Part shown: piece by piece, positions 1 to 12,634 of the stretch | Numbering within the stretch: the first letter of the stretch is position 1 | Layout: each line of letters begins with the position of its first letter | NCBI GenBank assembly: GCA_964016885.1 | Contig: OZ024750.1 | Coordinates: forward strand, 806,001-870,000 | Origin: Eledone cirrhosa | Lineage: Eukaryota | DNA length: 64,000 nt | Reading direction: 5' to 3' | The notes under the pieces: model-generated | The model's database searches: none | Seen by the model: only the letters and a program-made list of their open reading frames with translations | What the model was told of the DNA's origin: nothing | Translations under genes and position numbers: made by a program

Positions 1-289
1 GCAACAAAGAATTCAATTGCAGAAAATCTAATTCTTGATAACAACCTGTAATATGGCCTCAATCATTCTGGGTAAGTTTAGAAATAAGCAATTGTTCTCA
101 TTTATTTCTATAATACTATTATTTCCTGTTGAATTAGAGAACAGCAGTAAATAATTGGAAAGATAACTGAAACGAAAACACTGCTACTTGATCAGAGATA
201 ATAACAGTTTGACAAGTGACGACTTGTTAGAGTGTAAAGTAATTACAATGACAACACTTGAAGATCTCATTAACTTTCATAGTTATTAA

Positions 290-520
290 CCCTTTAGCAT
301 TTAAACTGGCCATATCCGGCCAGAAGTCTTTCCCCTCTTTCTGTTTAAACCGGCTGTAACTGATGTTAAAGTATTGTTCTCAAAATAAATAATATCAAAA
401 TTTCATAGATTCAATATTTTGTGAGATAAAATGTTTACCATGAAAATACAATAGTAAATATAGAGTAATGTGAATGCTAAAATACAATAGTATATATAGA
501 GTAATGTAAATGCTAAAGGG
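290..520. mobile_element. piggyBac-type MITE (~230 bp)
   Basis: TTAA on both sides and 14-bp TIRs CCCTTTAGCATTTA / TAAATGCTAAAGGG. Confidence 0.85.
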
Positions 521-804
521 TTAAAGTATAAATTCCTTTAAAATCCTCATCAATTGTTTAATGTCTGTTTTCTTTTTTTCTAAACTGGCATGGGTTAGAT
601 AGGTTTGCAGTATAGTATACCATCCCACAACAATCCATGGGTTGGATAGGATTGCAGTATAGTATACCATCCCACATCATAATATTCCCCCATTTCATCG
701 GTCAGGTACAACATCCTGAAATTTGACCACTTTATTCCTTCTCTTTTGTCACAGGTAAAACTCACCGAGAGAATGTGAGTCTTTTTAACTGAGAACCCAT
801 CACT

Positions 805-1104
805 CAATCACATCATATATTAGACCAACACAGGTAAGTCTGTCTTCAACCTTCAATCACATTATGTGTTAGACCAACACAGGTAAGTCTGTCTTCAACC
901 TTCAATCACATTATGTGTTAGACCAACACAGGTAAGTCTGTCTTCAACCTTCAATCACATTATGTGTTAGACCAATACAGGTAAGTCTGTCTTCAACCTT
1001 CAATCACATTATGGGTTAGACCAATACAGGTAAGTCTGTCTTCAACCTTCAATCACATTATGGGTTAGACCAATACAGGTAAGTCTGTCTTCAACCTTCA
1101 ATCA
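805..1104. repeat. 49-bp minisatellite, ~6 copies
   Basis: Unit ttagaccaacacaggtaagtctgtcttcaaccttcaatcacattatgtg. Confidence 0.95.
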
Positions 1105-1589
1105 CTATCTCAGTTCACTTCTATTCTACCTTTAACCTTATTGTTTGGAACATAATTCAAAGTTAACATATTTAAACGTATGAGAGGTCTTTAGATAAAT
1201 ATAAAAACTTTAAAATAAACAGCTTTGTATCAGAATCCTGGGCAGTTTCAGGCAGTTTGATATCAGTTAATGAAAGTTATCATAGATCAAATGAATCATG
1301 CCTGCTTCATCTCTTCATGGTCTTATGTCAATTAACCATGCAGTACTACACATTACATTGTTTAAATAAGAAAACAGAGGAATTTGTGATAACATCATTT
1401 TTGTTACATCTGTCAAATAATAATGGTTTCTAATTTAGGCACAAGACCAGTAATGTTTTTGGGGTGATGGTGAGGGCTGATTAAATTGACTGGTACTTTA
1501 TTTTATTGATCTTGGAAAGATAAAAGGCAATATTGATTCCAACAATGATTTGAACAGAGAACATAGAAAGAACTGGAACAAATAACACA

Positions 1590-1735
1590 CAACAATGATG
1601 ATGATGGCAGTGATATGTTGTGATGGTGATGATGGTGATGGCAGTGATATGTTGATGATGATGATGGTGATGATATTGATGGCAGTGATGATATTGATGG
1701 CAATGATGTTGCTGCTGGTGATGGCAGTGATTATA
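1590..1735. repeat. Degenerate (GAT)n trinucleotide repeat
   Basis: Direct inspection. Confidence 0.9.
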
Positions 1736-2836
1736 ATACACTTCTCTGACAGTCCATCTATTGAGATAACAACTACTCTCTGCCCATCTCATCCATTCCA
1801 GGTCCCTGTCTCCACCCTACTACCCACTCAGCCTCCTCACTCCTTAAACACAATTTCTAAACATTTGATAGTCTTCTTCTCTCCAACTGATCACCTCCTC
1901 CTAAATTCCTTTCCCCCTCAACCACAATTGAAATAGAACAACTACACAAACACACACATCATTAGTCATGTACCGTTTCCTTCCCATCCCCCGTAATTAC
2001 CTTCTCTATGACATTCTTCTTCACTCAAGAAAATGGTACACCATAATATACTGCTGACATATTTAAGGATGAAATGAGTTGTTTTTTAGCAAACAGAGGG
2101 ATACAATAATGAAGATATAAAAAAAAAAAGATTAAAATAATAAACAGAAAAAGAGAAAAAAGTAAAAAAAAAAAGGATGGGGAAGGAGGAAGAAAAGTTA
2201 ATGAAAAAGGGATGGGGACAAACTCTACACCTTTGGTTAGGTGACGTATCTCAGCTGGGCCCTGTGGACAAAATGGTGAAAGCATTACCACAAATAATAG
2301 CCAGCAATACCCGCTGCATCAGTCATTACACCTCATAGGACAACTTCCTCAAGTAGGATGCACTCCACCCAATTTGAAGGAAGAAAACAGCTGTCCAGTC
2401 ACCGAGGACACCAGAAGTCTTGACAGCTGCTGGCATGAAACAAAGTGGCCAGTGGTCAAATTCCCGTATCTGGTTATCTTCTGCCCCTCTGCATTATAGA
2501 CAGCAGTGCCTGAGTTAGTGGTCAAAGGAAGAGGCTTACTTCAGCATATCTTAACCCTCTAGCATTTATAATGTGTGTGTGTATAAAACATGTAAAATGA
2601 TTTTAATAGGTATATATGTGGAGGGAGAGTCAACTTCAGCCAAATTTGAACTACAAAATACCAAACTAGATTTATTAAAGTGTCTAGTAAGATATTTATT
2701 GTTTATGGAAGTAACTGGAAGTACTGAAAACTCAATACATTAAGAGGGTTGATAATAAATTCAACTGAAATGTGAGGATATAAGGAATTTAGATTTAGAA
2801 TTCTTTAAAGAGAGGTATGTCAACCAAACACCATAC

Positions 2837-2919
2837 CTTTCTTTTTTGCAGCTTCCACCATTTGTTCATATTCTTGTTTGTGTTTTCTTTCTTCTTCAGG
2901 AGCTTTTGATGGGAGGTGG
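2837..2919 (-). CDS. TBC1D14: TBC1D12/TBC1D14-family protein, internal coding exon (83 nt, phase 2-1); gene continues past the left edge
   Basis: ttttctcttgtag|C CAC CTC...AAG AAA G|gtatgg. Encodes (G)HLPSKAPEEERKHKQEYEQMVEAAKKK, matching TBC1D12/14 NLPAK..EE..HRQ.Y.EMV..AKKR. Phase fits the preceding exon. Not in the ORF track. Confidence 0.93.
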
Positions 2920-4779
2920 CTACAAGAGAAAAAAAAAATTGAAACATTCCATTTTGTTTTTTAACAACAACTGGCAGAGTTGTGTAAGCTAGTTCAGTCT
3001 TTGACCAGAGGTTTCCCAGTGAAAAACTTAAATAAATGACTTGAAATTTGTATCAGAGATATATTATTTTTACAAGTAATTCAGATTCAGTATAGTACAT
3101 GGTGGAGAAGTAAAACAGGTTGTAGTGTAATATGTTTCTTTTAAATATTTTATATGTTAGTATTAGATTCTCTTAGTGAATATTGATACAATATCTGATT
3201 GAGATGCAATCACACCCTTGTAACAACATTCGATCCCTTACCACACCAAAATGGTAATAAATTACTAAGTTATGTACACACATCTCAATAAAATCTACTC
3301 CTCAGTCTAACTGGTTTTAGTTTACAAATGGTTTCCATCTTAACTCTTTTCTGGTCATATAATAAAATACACTGCCCCTATTGCTACCATGCAACTACCA
3401 CCTTGCTCTCCCCTGCTCCACACCTATTACTGCACCTCTCTCTCTCTAGTTAGGGATGCAGTAATCACATTACTGCTAATTCCACATTGGAATGCACCCA
3501 ATGAATTCTGCTGATGCAATGATGTTAACACTTTCAAATTAGAGGTTTTGTATTACAAAACCAGAGGCGGTTCTAGGCAAGTTGCTTCTAAAAGAGGAAA
3601 AAGAGGAAGATTATACCAAAAAAGTATTCCCAGTTGCATATCTAAAAAAAATAAATCAATAAAAATCAGATTAAAAAATGTATTTTGAGTATTATTAAAA
3701 GATTTTATGTTAGAGAACATTAATTCAAAACTTGATACCAACACACCAAAAACTGCATCTGAATCTATGGAAGAAAACCATCCATTTAAAAGGTTCTTAT
3801 TTAAATTAAAATCTACCAACATAGTTATATATATAAACATTTTTTGTTATTTTACAAATACTGTATCCTGTGGCTGTTTACAACAATTCTGCCAATCCAC
3901 TGCCTCTAGACTGGTACTTTATCTACCCTGAAAAGATGACAGGCAAAGTTGAATTCAACAGGATTTGAACTCAAAGTGCAGAAGCTTTTAAGTGTGACAT
4001 ATTAAAGGTTCTTCTTGCTCTGATTGATTGACAAGATCCCAGACCTCATTCACTTGCTAAGTGGGGTGGACCTCGTCAAATCGGACCAAAGAAACAGTTT
4101 CCATTAGTCTTTCCATTGCTGATACTATCTACTGGCCGCAGCTCCTAGTAGAAGGAGCAACATGAAATAAAAAGTGTCTTGCTCAAAGACACAACACATC
4201 ACCCGGTCAGAGAATTGAACTCGCAACCTCACGATTGTTAATCCAACTCTCTAACCACTAAGCCACACTCCTTCAAATTCACCTGAAACTATACTTAGTG
4301 TTAGGAAGGTTTGAAAGTACTCAGAGTTAATGACCTATCTTCTTGGTCTAACTATAATATATTCAGTCTAGTAAAATAAAAATAAAACTGTAGTGATTTC
4401 AATATTTGATTTTTGTTTATATATGAAGCTAGTAGATGAAAGGAGTCAGTTTAAGAAAGCTGGCAATATAAACAATTACAATCCTAAAATATCTCTATTG
4501 ACTTGACTTGGCACTTATTTTAAGCAACTTATCAATAATTTTATGGAAGGTAACCAAACTTTACTGATTCTTCAACAGATGGGATGGTATTGAAATACAG
4601 GAAGCTCTACTATTGTTAAAACATACCATACTTTTCAAGGGTATTTTTCTTCTATATGTTGATGTTTTTTTAAAACTATATCTAAACATTTTCTCTAACA
4701 ACCACATATGAGGGTGACATCCTGCAGCTAATTGGTTCAATGAAAAGGAGTGGTGTATCATCATCACGATGTTCCCACA

Positions 4780-5335
4780 ACTGGTACAGCCAGTCCCTGC
4801 GGTGCCACTCTATATGTGCCACTGGTACAGCCAGTTGTTGGGGTGCCACTCTATATGTGCCACTGGTACAGCCAGTTGTTGGGGTACCACTCTATATGTG
4901 CCACTGGTACAGCCAGTTGTTGGGGTACCACTCTAGATGTGCCACTGGTACAGCCAGTTGTTGGGGTGCCACTCTATATGTGCCACTGGTACAGCCAGTT
5001 GTTGGGGTACCACTCTATATGTGCCACTGGTACAGCCAGTTGTTGGGGTACCACTCTAGATGTGCCACTGGTACAGCCAGTTGTTGGGGTACCACTCTAG
5101 ATGTGCCACTGGTACAGTCAGTTGTTGGGGTGCCACTCTATATGTGCCACTGGTACAGCCAGTTGTTGGGGTGCCACTCTATATGTGCCACTGGTACAGC
5201 CAGTTGTTGGGGTGCCACTCTATATGTGCCACTGGTACAGCCAGTTGTTGGGGTGCCACTCTATATGTGTCACTGGTACAGCCAGTTGTTGGGGTGCCAC
5301 TCTATATGTGCCACTGGTACAGCCAGTTGTTGGGA
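4780..5335. repeat. 41-bp minisatellite, ~13.5 copies
   Basis: Unit gtgccactggtacagccagttgttggggt(g/a)ccactcta(t/g)at. It accounts for the ORFs at 4740-5523. Confidence 0.97.
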
Positions 5336-6802
5336 TACCCCTCCAGACACTTTTGCAGTGGTATATACCATACTTAAACATAAAGTATGTATCAAGTTGG
5401 TATCAGGAAGGGTATCTAGCTGTAGAAAAACTACCCCAGAACTGTTTTCTCCAGCCCATGTCAGCATGGAAAAGCAGAGATAAAAACAATGATGATGATG
5501 ATAAAATCTCTCTTCAGACATAAAATGAATAAAGATTATATTTCCCCAAATAGAATACTTTCTTCCTTCTGAAGCAGTTGAACATAAAAGAACACACACA
5601 TGGTAGATATAGCAAGATACAGGTAAATTTAACAGTGTATGTACATTTGACAGTATATTCATGTAATTAGAGCTCTTGACACATCACTATGGTTATTACT
5701 GAAATTTACAGACTGGTAATATTACACCCACCATACACAAAAAGGTAAAAACAGATGTTTACACTTTACTTTCAGTCTACCTTGAATATGATATTCCCTA
5801 CAAGAAAATATTGATATATCTGATTTATTGACAAATGGAATAGTTTTAGCAACGTTAACAATGCTCAGCTTTATTTAACCCCTTCCTTACCATATTTCTA
5901 ATGAAATACACTGCTTATGATTTTGAAACGATTTTGAAACTAATCAAGGATTGGGGGGGGGGGGGGGGGGGGATTTAGTAATATAACTTGTTCAGAAACA
6001 TGTGTTACCAAGGACCAGTTCCTCAGAAAGTATACTGTTGTTATTAACCCCTGCCCCAAATCAGCTCTGATTGAGAAAACCTATGATTAAAGGTGTTTCA
6101 ACCAATTTCCCATTTCTTGTATATTAACTACTACATTATCCAATGTATCCTTCCATTTTTAAGGAGGTAGGATGTGATCTGAAGGAGATTTGGCTGTAAT
6201 TACCAGCAGTTCAAGCAACCATGTAGAGCCTCTCATGTCTCAGTAGAAAGGTAAGCTTACATAGATTGTCACCAAAGTGGAGGATCATGTAATTATTTTC
6301 CCATATAAATCAGGTTATGGCCTATTTAGAAGCAGTTCTCTTATACACACGTCAAGCAGTGTGTGTATATAAATGAAAACAAAATTTGATACACAAATCT
6401 GTAAACAAGTCATAGTACAGGATATCATATCCATAATCTAAACAAGTCATAGTACAGGATATCATATCCATAGACATTCTAACAGTTTTAGTAACTGATC
6501 ATGTAATAGTATTATATGTACATAAACCTTATTTACTTAAATGGTTTTGAAAGAGTAAGAAAGTTATACAAATTACACTTGATTTAAATATCAGCTTTAT
6601 TGATAAACATATGAACATTTTAATGGTTAAAATAATCACAAAACAAATCCCACTAAGAAGTACAATTATTTTCATACAAGTAGATTTATGCCATTAATAA
6701 TGATGGCAATGGTATTAAATTCATTTAATTGGAAGCCTAGGATTGATATGCCATATATATCAAGATTACTGGGTATATGAACTATCATAGAAACTAGGAA
6801 AT

Positions 6803-7243
6803 TGTCCCAGTGGTAAAGGTGTTGAACTTACAATCATAATCTGATAGGTTTGATTCGTGGGCTGGGTTGCATGTTGGGTTCTTAAGCAAAACACTTCATT
6901 TCACGTTGCTCCAGTATACTCAGCTGAAAATGAGTACCGGCAATAGCTGGGGAGTCTTGTACTCTCAGTCACTTCACACCATGGAACCGAGATAAGCACC
7001 AGCTATAGCTGGGGGTTTAACCCTGTGATGGACTGGTGTCCTGTCCAGGGAGGAGTCTTGTATTCGCAGTTACTTCACGCCATGGAACCGGGATAAGCAC
7101 CGGCTATAGCTGGGGGTTTAACCCTGTGATGGACTGGTGTCCTGTCCAGGAGGGAGTCTTGTATTCTCAGTCACTTCACGCCACGGAACCGGGATAAGCA
7201 CCGGCCTAACAAGCTTTCTGGCTTAAGACAGACTTTAGACTTA
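6803..7243 (+). mobile_element. tRNA-derived V-SINE-like element (family C) with internal ~102-bp tandem duplication
   Basis: tRNA head (agtggtaaagg...ggtttgattc), V-domain-like aaccctgtgatggactgg..tcc.gtccaggg, and a (TAGACT)n tail. Confidence 0.75.
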
Positions 7244-8117
7244 GACAAGAGAATTGATTATTGACACTTGGAAGTGATTAAAGATAGGACTGATATTTAA
7301 ATAATTTATTTCTAGGATATAATTACATAAATGTTCAGAGTATACATATATAGAGATGGCATACAGAACTAAATGTATGAGTAATGTTGGAGAAATAACT
7401 ATTTACAGGGACAAATGTAGGGATTAGAACCCAGGACCTTGAGATTGGAAAGCAAATGTTGTATTGTAGGAATAAGAATGGTATAGAAAATACATTGTGT
7501 GTGTAAATTGTAATGAGTTAAAGACAGATATATAAACACTCATGGTGTATTATTATGGCTGATGTATTGTGGTTTTTAGTTTTAATTAATAAATATATTA
7601 ATATAGACAATAATATATAAACATTAACATTGGTTAATTAAATGATGTTATCATGAAAATAACAAAAATACAAATAAAATCAATTTTTAACTGACTAAAG
7701 TTAGCTTTGTATTTTATCATGCAATTACTATTGTAATTTTAATTTCAATTAATGAGCAAAATAATATTAATAAATTAACATGTATAAATTAAAAAATTTC
7801 ATCATTATTTAACCTTTCAGCATTTACATTAATATTTACTATTGTATTTTTGTGGTAAAGGCTTTATCTCACATAATTATCTCTCATAATATCAAATATA
7901 TGAGATTTTGATGTTATTTATTTTGAGAACATTACCTTAATATCAGTATGAGGGGCCAGTTACAGCCAGTTTATACGTATGTACTTCTATTTAATCTTAT
8001 ATATTTGTTATATGATGATAAAGCTTTCGCAAATACATGAATAGGAAAGAAAGAGAGAAACCGTTTTGGATATATGCAAGATGATATTGCAACATATTTA
8101 TATATGTATGTATATGG

Positions 8118-8165
<48 letters not shown>

Positions 8166-8934
8166 ATGTAATGATATGTGTATAACAGTGCTGAGTACAT
8201 TTCGTGACATGAGCTGTAGTGGATAGTGAATGATATGCATGTCAGCCATACATCTATTTAAACAAACGCACACAAGTTAATCCACATACACCCACACGCA
8301 GGTTGAAAAGTACTTAAATGACAGTGAAGTGCAGTAAATGACAGTGAAGTGCGCTGTGAAAGCGACACCAGATCCACTGTTGTCATGTATTGTAGATTGA
8401 TAACTGCTGTGGTTTTCTTTTGAAAGAAATACAAACAAACTATTTCAATATAAAGATAGATAAACAAACTGATGGCATAATTGTTATCAGAGCCGACAGA
8501 GCCAACATTCTAATCTAATTTACTTCATTTTTAATGACTAAATATTAGGAATTTAGTTACCATCTTGGGATCAGTGACTTTAATCCCTAAACAGAAATAT
8601 TTACAGATGAAAAAGAACAAGAAAACAAATATTTTGCATTACTCTTGTTGACATTAATGGTAGAAATAGTTAAACCCTTCTGTGACCTTCTAAAGAAATA
8701 CTCTACCAGAGCCGACATTCTAACCTATGAAGAATTAATGAAGAATTTCGAAAGACTTGCTAAAATTTATTAATTATTTGATTATAGCTCAACATATGGT
8801 TCTCATACAAAACTGGAAGATTTAAATTTAAGTAGGAGCTCTTTAAAATGGAGAGATTTGTTTCATAGAACCAGAACTGGTTTTGGCCAGGTTGATATCA
8901 AAAGGGTTAAGACAGACTTGTTGATATCATTGTC

Positions 8935-9275
8935 CCTTTACGATCCAAGTTCAAATCCCGCCGAGGTTAATTTTGCCTTTCATCCATACAAGGTCGATAA
9001 AATAAAGTACCAGTAATGTACTGGATAATTGCTGGCCTTGTGCCAAAAGTAGAAACAATTATTTACAGAAGACAAGGGCAGTGGATTGGCAGAATAATGC
9101 TTTATGGATCTGATTTGGCTGTTTACGCTCTGAGTTCAAATCTCACTAAGTAAAACTTTGCCTTTCAACCTTCTGGAGTTGATGAAATCATGTACCAGTC
9201 AAGTACTGGGATCTATTTAATTGACTTTTCCCCTCCCCCAAATTGCTGGCCTTGTACCTAAATCAGAAACCATAT
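8935..9275 (+). mobile_element. Two tandem family-A SINE copies
   Basis: Two gttcaaatc...gcctttc...taccag...gctggccttgt units. Confidence 0.75.
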
Positions 9276-9847
9276 TTAGAGGAAGCTACTTCTCCACAAA
9301 TCATGTTGGTATACTACATTAATAAATTCAAGTTATATTTTACACCATTCAAAAAAATAATTAGATTTTCTCTTTGGTTTTATTTATCAGTTTTCAGGTT
9401 GCCATTGATATAGAGAGGGATTTGGCTGCTATATCTAGCAGTTTGAATGTGTGTTTTTTCTGTTGTCAAGAACTGACCTGTTCCTTAAAACCATACACTA
9501 CAGTTTAAAAAAAAAAATGAAACATCTTGGATAATGTGGACCTAGATATACTAAACTTAGAGAAAATAAAATATGGACTGGTGATGATTGTTACACCTTT
9601 GCTTATAGGTCATCTTCTTCAGGCTTCACCTGAGGCTAAACAACAACAATAACAGCAATAATGTCACCCTGATTATAGGTCATCTTCTTCAGACTTCACC
9701 TGAGGCTAAACAGCAACAATGTCACCCTGATTCATTAACAAGGTATTCTGAATATGAGGAATATGCTTTATATAAACAAACATCTCTTCCTATATATATA
9801 TATATATATAGATAAAATAAATCAAAGAACACCTACATACTTATACG

Positions 9848-9917
9848 ATTTTTATTCGCTAACAATGTTTCATCCATACCGTGGGGCAGGAATCCTCAGA
9901 GCGTAATCAATAAAAAT
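9848..9917 (-). ncRNA. Type I hammerhead ribozyme-like fold in a Penelope-like terminal remnant
   Basis: Minus strand: AUUUUUAUU-GAUUA-CGCU-CUGAGGA-U-UCC-UGCC-CCAC-GGUA-U-GGA-U-GAAAC-AUU-GUU-AGCG-AAUAAAAAU. All core boxes are present, with stem I 4 bp + bulge + 9 bp, stem II and a short stem III. About 40 nt from a (TA)n tract. Confidence 0.55.
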
Positions 9918-10006
9918 ATAATGCTGAATATAAGCTCTACAAAGCAACCCTTAATGTCCTGTATCAAATGAAACAGCATTAGCAAGACATTATTTTCAAT
10001 CACACA

Positions 10007-10192
10007 AGGGCGGTGGATTGGCAGTATCAGTAGAGAGTCGGACGCCATGCTTTCCAGCATAGTTACGTCCCTTTACGGTCTGAGTTCAAATCCTGCCGAG
10101 GTTAACTTTGCCTTTCATCCTTACGGGGTTGATAAAATAAAGTACCAGTAATGTACTGGGTAATTGCTGGCCTTGTGCCAAAAGTAGAAACA
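10007..10192 (+). mobile_element. Full-length tRNA-derived SINE (family A) with 18-bp TSD
   Basis: B-box gagttcaaatcc, central gcctttcatcctt..ggg.tgataaaat..agtaccag domain (MetaSINE-like), TSD attattttcaatcacaca at 9989-10006 and 10193-10210. More than 12 related copies in the window. Confidence 0.85.
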
Positions 10193-11365
10193 ATTATTTT
10201 CAATCACACACAGTAAGATTATCCTATCATGTTGTAGAAGACAGCTTAGTGAAAAATTCATTATCTTTTTCACTATAATTTGTCCAACTTAGTCTTTTAA
10301 TTTGTATTTTTGATATTTTATTCAACCATCTAAATATTCTATTTAACTCTATTTTATTATATTTCAAGACGTCCGTTTATTTTATTATATATATACTAAA
10401 AGAAACAGTTGGGTCATTAAAAATTAATGATGTTTTTAGTCTGTATTTCAGAATATTATTCTTTACAAAAATAGAAAAGAGGCTTCAATATAGAAAAGGA
10501 AATAAAAAAAAAAACAACAAATTTATTAATAAATAATAAGAAAATTACAGAATATAGAAAAAAATAATTAAAAAAAAACAAACTTGAAAAAATTGATAGA
10601 AAAGGAAAATAACTGAATGAAGAAAGGAAGGGAAAGGAATGAAACTGGTGAGATTGGACGGAACTTTCCCTGGTCTTACCATTGATGTTTCATAACTGAT
10701 TAAATAATAATTGAATTGGTGGTAGGTACCTGATTCAAAAGTTTAAAGTCAACACACTACAAGATTTAAAATAATCATATTTGTGTTATATTTGAGCCTG
10801 ACATATTGTGATAACTACTCTTAGTATCCAACTTGCCTTAGTCTCATAATGTTATCTTCAAAAAGATTGAATCAGAATATAAATAATATAGATTAGATTT
10901 ATCAATAATGCTTTTCAAACTAATACAGGAAATGTTTCTATGCCTTTATACTGATATGTTAAACGGAATTGGTTGCTTTGAACACTGAAGTTGTACATGA
11001 ATTATCAAATATATATATACAGGTTGTTCTAAAAAAATATATATATAAAATTTAAAAAATGACAAACAGAGAGATACACAACCACTTAATGTTATTAGGT
11101 TCACACTTTGGAGGAAAGGGAGAAAAAGAGTTGCAACATATCGGACATTAGTCCTTCATCAGGAGAGTACAATAGTAGAGATGAGAAAATAAAAAATAGA
11201 AAAAGAGGGACATGTGAGTGTTATTATTACTTTGTGTATATCACCATATTGGTGGAATGGTTTATACATTCTACATAATGGTATCTAAGTGAGTCTGGCT
11301 GTATTAGGTGTATGTATCAAATATAAAAAGAAATTATTAGCGACAAATATGTATCTGTTCATTAA

Positions 11366-11582
11366 CCTTTTACCATTTACATTACTCTATATATATACTA
11401 TTATATTTTTGTGGTAAAGGCTTTATTTTACATATCTTACATAATATCGAATCTATGAGATTTTGATGTTATTTATTGTGAGAATAATACCTGAACAACA
11501 GTATGAGCAGCCAGTTATAGCCAGTTTGAAGAAAGAGGTGAGAGAATTCTGGCCAGATACAGCCAGTTTCAATACTAAAGGG
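11366..11582. mobile_element. piggyBac-type MITE, same family (opposite orientation)
   Basis: TTAA flanks, degenerate TIRs and shared internal sequence. Confidence 0.8.
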
Positions 11583-12591
11583 TTAAAAGAAAAATAATTA
11601 TACACAATGCCTCATATTAAGAAAATATATAGGAAACATTGTTGCTTGTTCAGATGTTTCAGTTACTTCACACTTAGTAAAAATATTTTTTCAACAAAAA
11701 TGTCTTAATTTGAGATGGAAAAATAATATAACCCCCCCCCCCCCACAAAAAAAAAAACAAGAGAAATAAAAAATTTCTCACATAGCTTCATTATCTAAAT
11801 ATTATAGTAATGTTTTATATTACTGACGGGAGGGGGTGGTGTTTACATATAAGACCCCACCCACCCACACACACACACACAAAGGAGATAATTCTGTGTT
11901 TTAACTATAAGGGAATTTGGTTTTTATTTAGAGTAATTTCCCTGCAAGGCTAGTTATTAATTGTCAGCAAATAAGCTGAATTAATACTCAGCCTATATGT
12001 GTGTTCGTGTGTATATAAACACACACACAGATACATACACACACACACACACAAATAAATACATACATATACACACATATATTTATATATTTCCACACTT
12101 GGTAGGCAGCTTACTCAAGTGAGAGAGAAAGTCATATTCTGAGTGAAAGAGATATAGAAACAGAGGAAAGGATGTGACAACAACAATGCTGAAGATGACT
12201 CAGCAAGCCAAATAGTGGATAATCTAAAAATAGAGGTTCCTTCCATCTTATCTATTCTGAATTCAATGATAGTAACAACTGATAATAAGAAAATGTTTTC
12301 TGATACAACAGTGGAAAATCCCAAGATATTTTTAATTATCTTATTGTTTTCATGTCCACCTTTTCATGTTGTTTCTGGTTGAAGGAGACATTCTGAGGCA
12401 GTTTTTTCTATGACTATTGGATACCATTCCAGATGCCAACCCATACTGTCTTATAAGTATGGTGTATATACTTCATCAACCACTACACCGTGGGACATAG
12501 TTTACTCAGGACATCAACAAATATTACTGGTGGTGCTTTAAACACTGCCTTGAACACACATGCAGTAAACTGACACACACATACATATAAG

Positions 12592-12634
<43 letters not shown>

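Noticed and set aside
1481-1936. His-/Met-rich ORFs
   Set aside because: (GAT)n repeat artefacts.
1-2836. Next TBC exon (EL.E...W..EILP.W)
   Set aside because: No matching phase-1 exon found by eye. It presumably lies outside the window.
4740-5523. Overlapping ORFs of 105-247 aa; possible CRISPR-like array
   Set aside because: Translation of a 41-bp tandem repeat with no unique spacers, in a eukaryotic intron.
5953-5972. G20 homopolymer (also C-runs near 11.7, 25.4 and 34.0 kb) as G-quadruplex elements
   Set aside because: Simple homopolymers with no supporting context, and run lengths are assembly-sensitive.
10007-10110. tRNA gene (A/B-box-like motifs)
   Set aside because: tRNA-derived SINE head with a SINE body and TSD, and no full cloverleaf.
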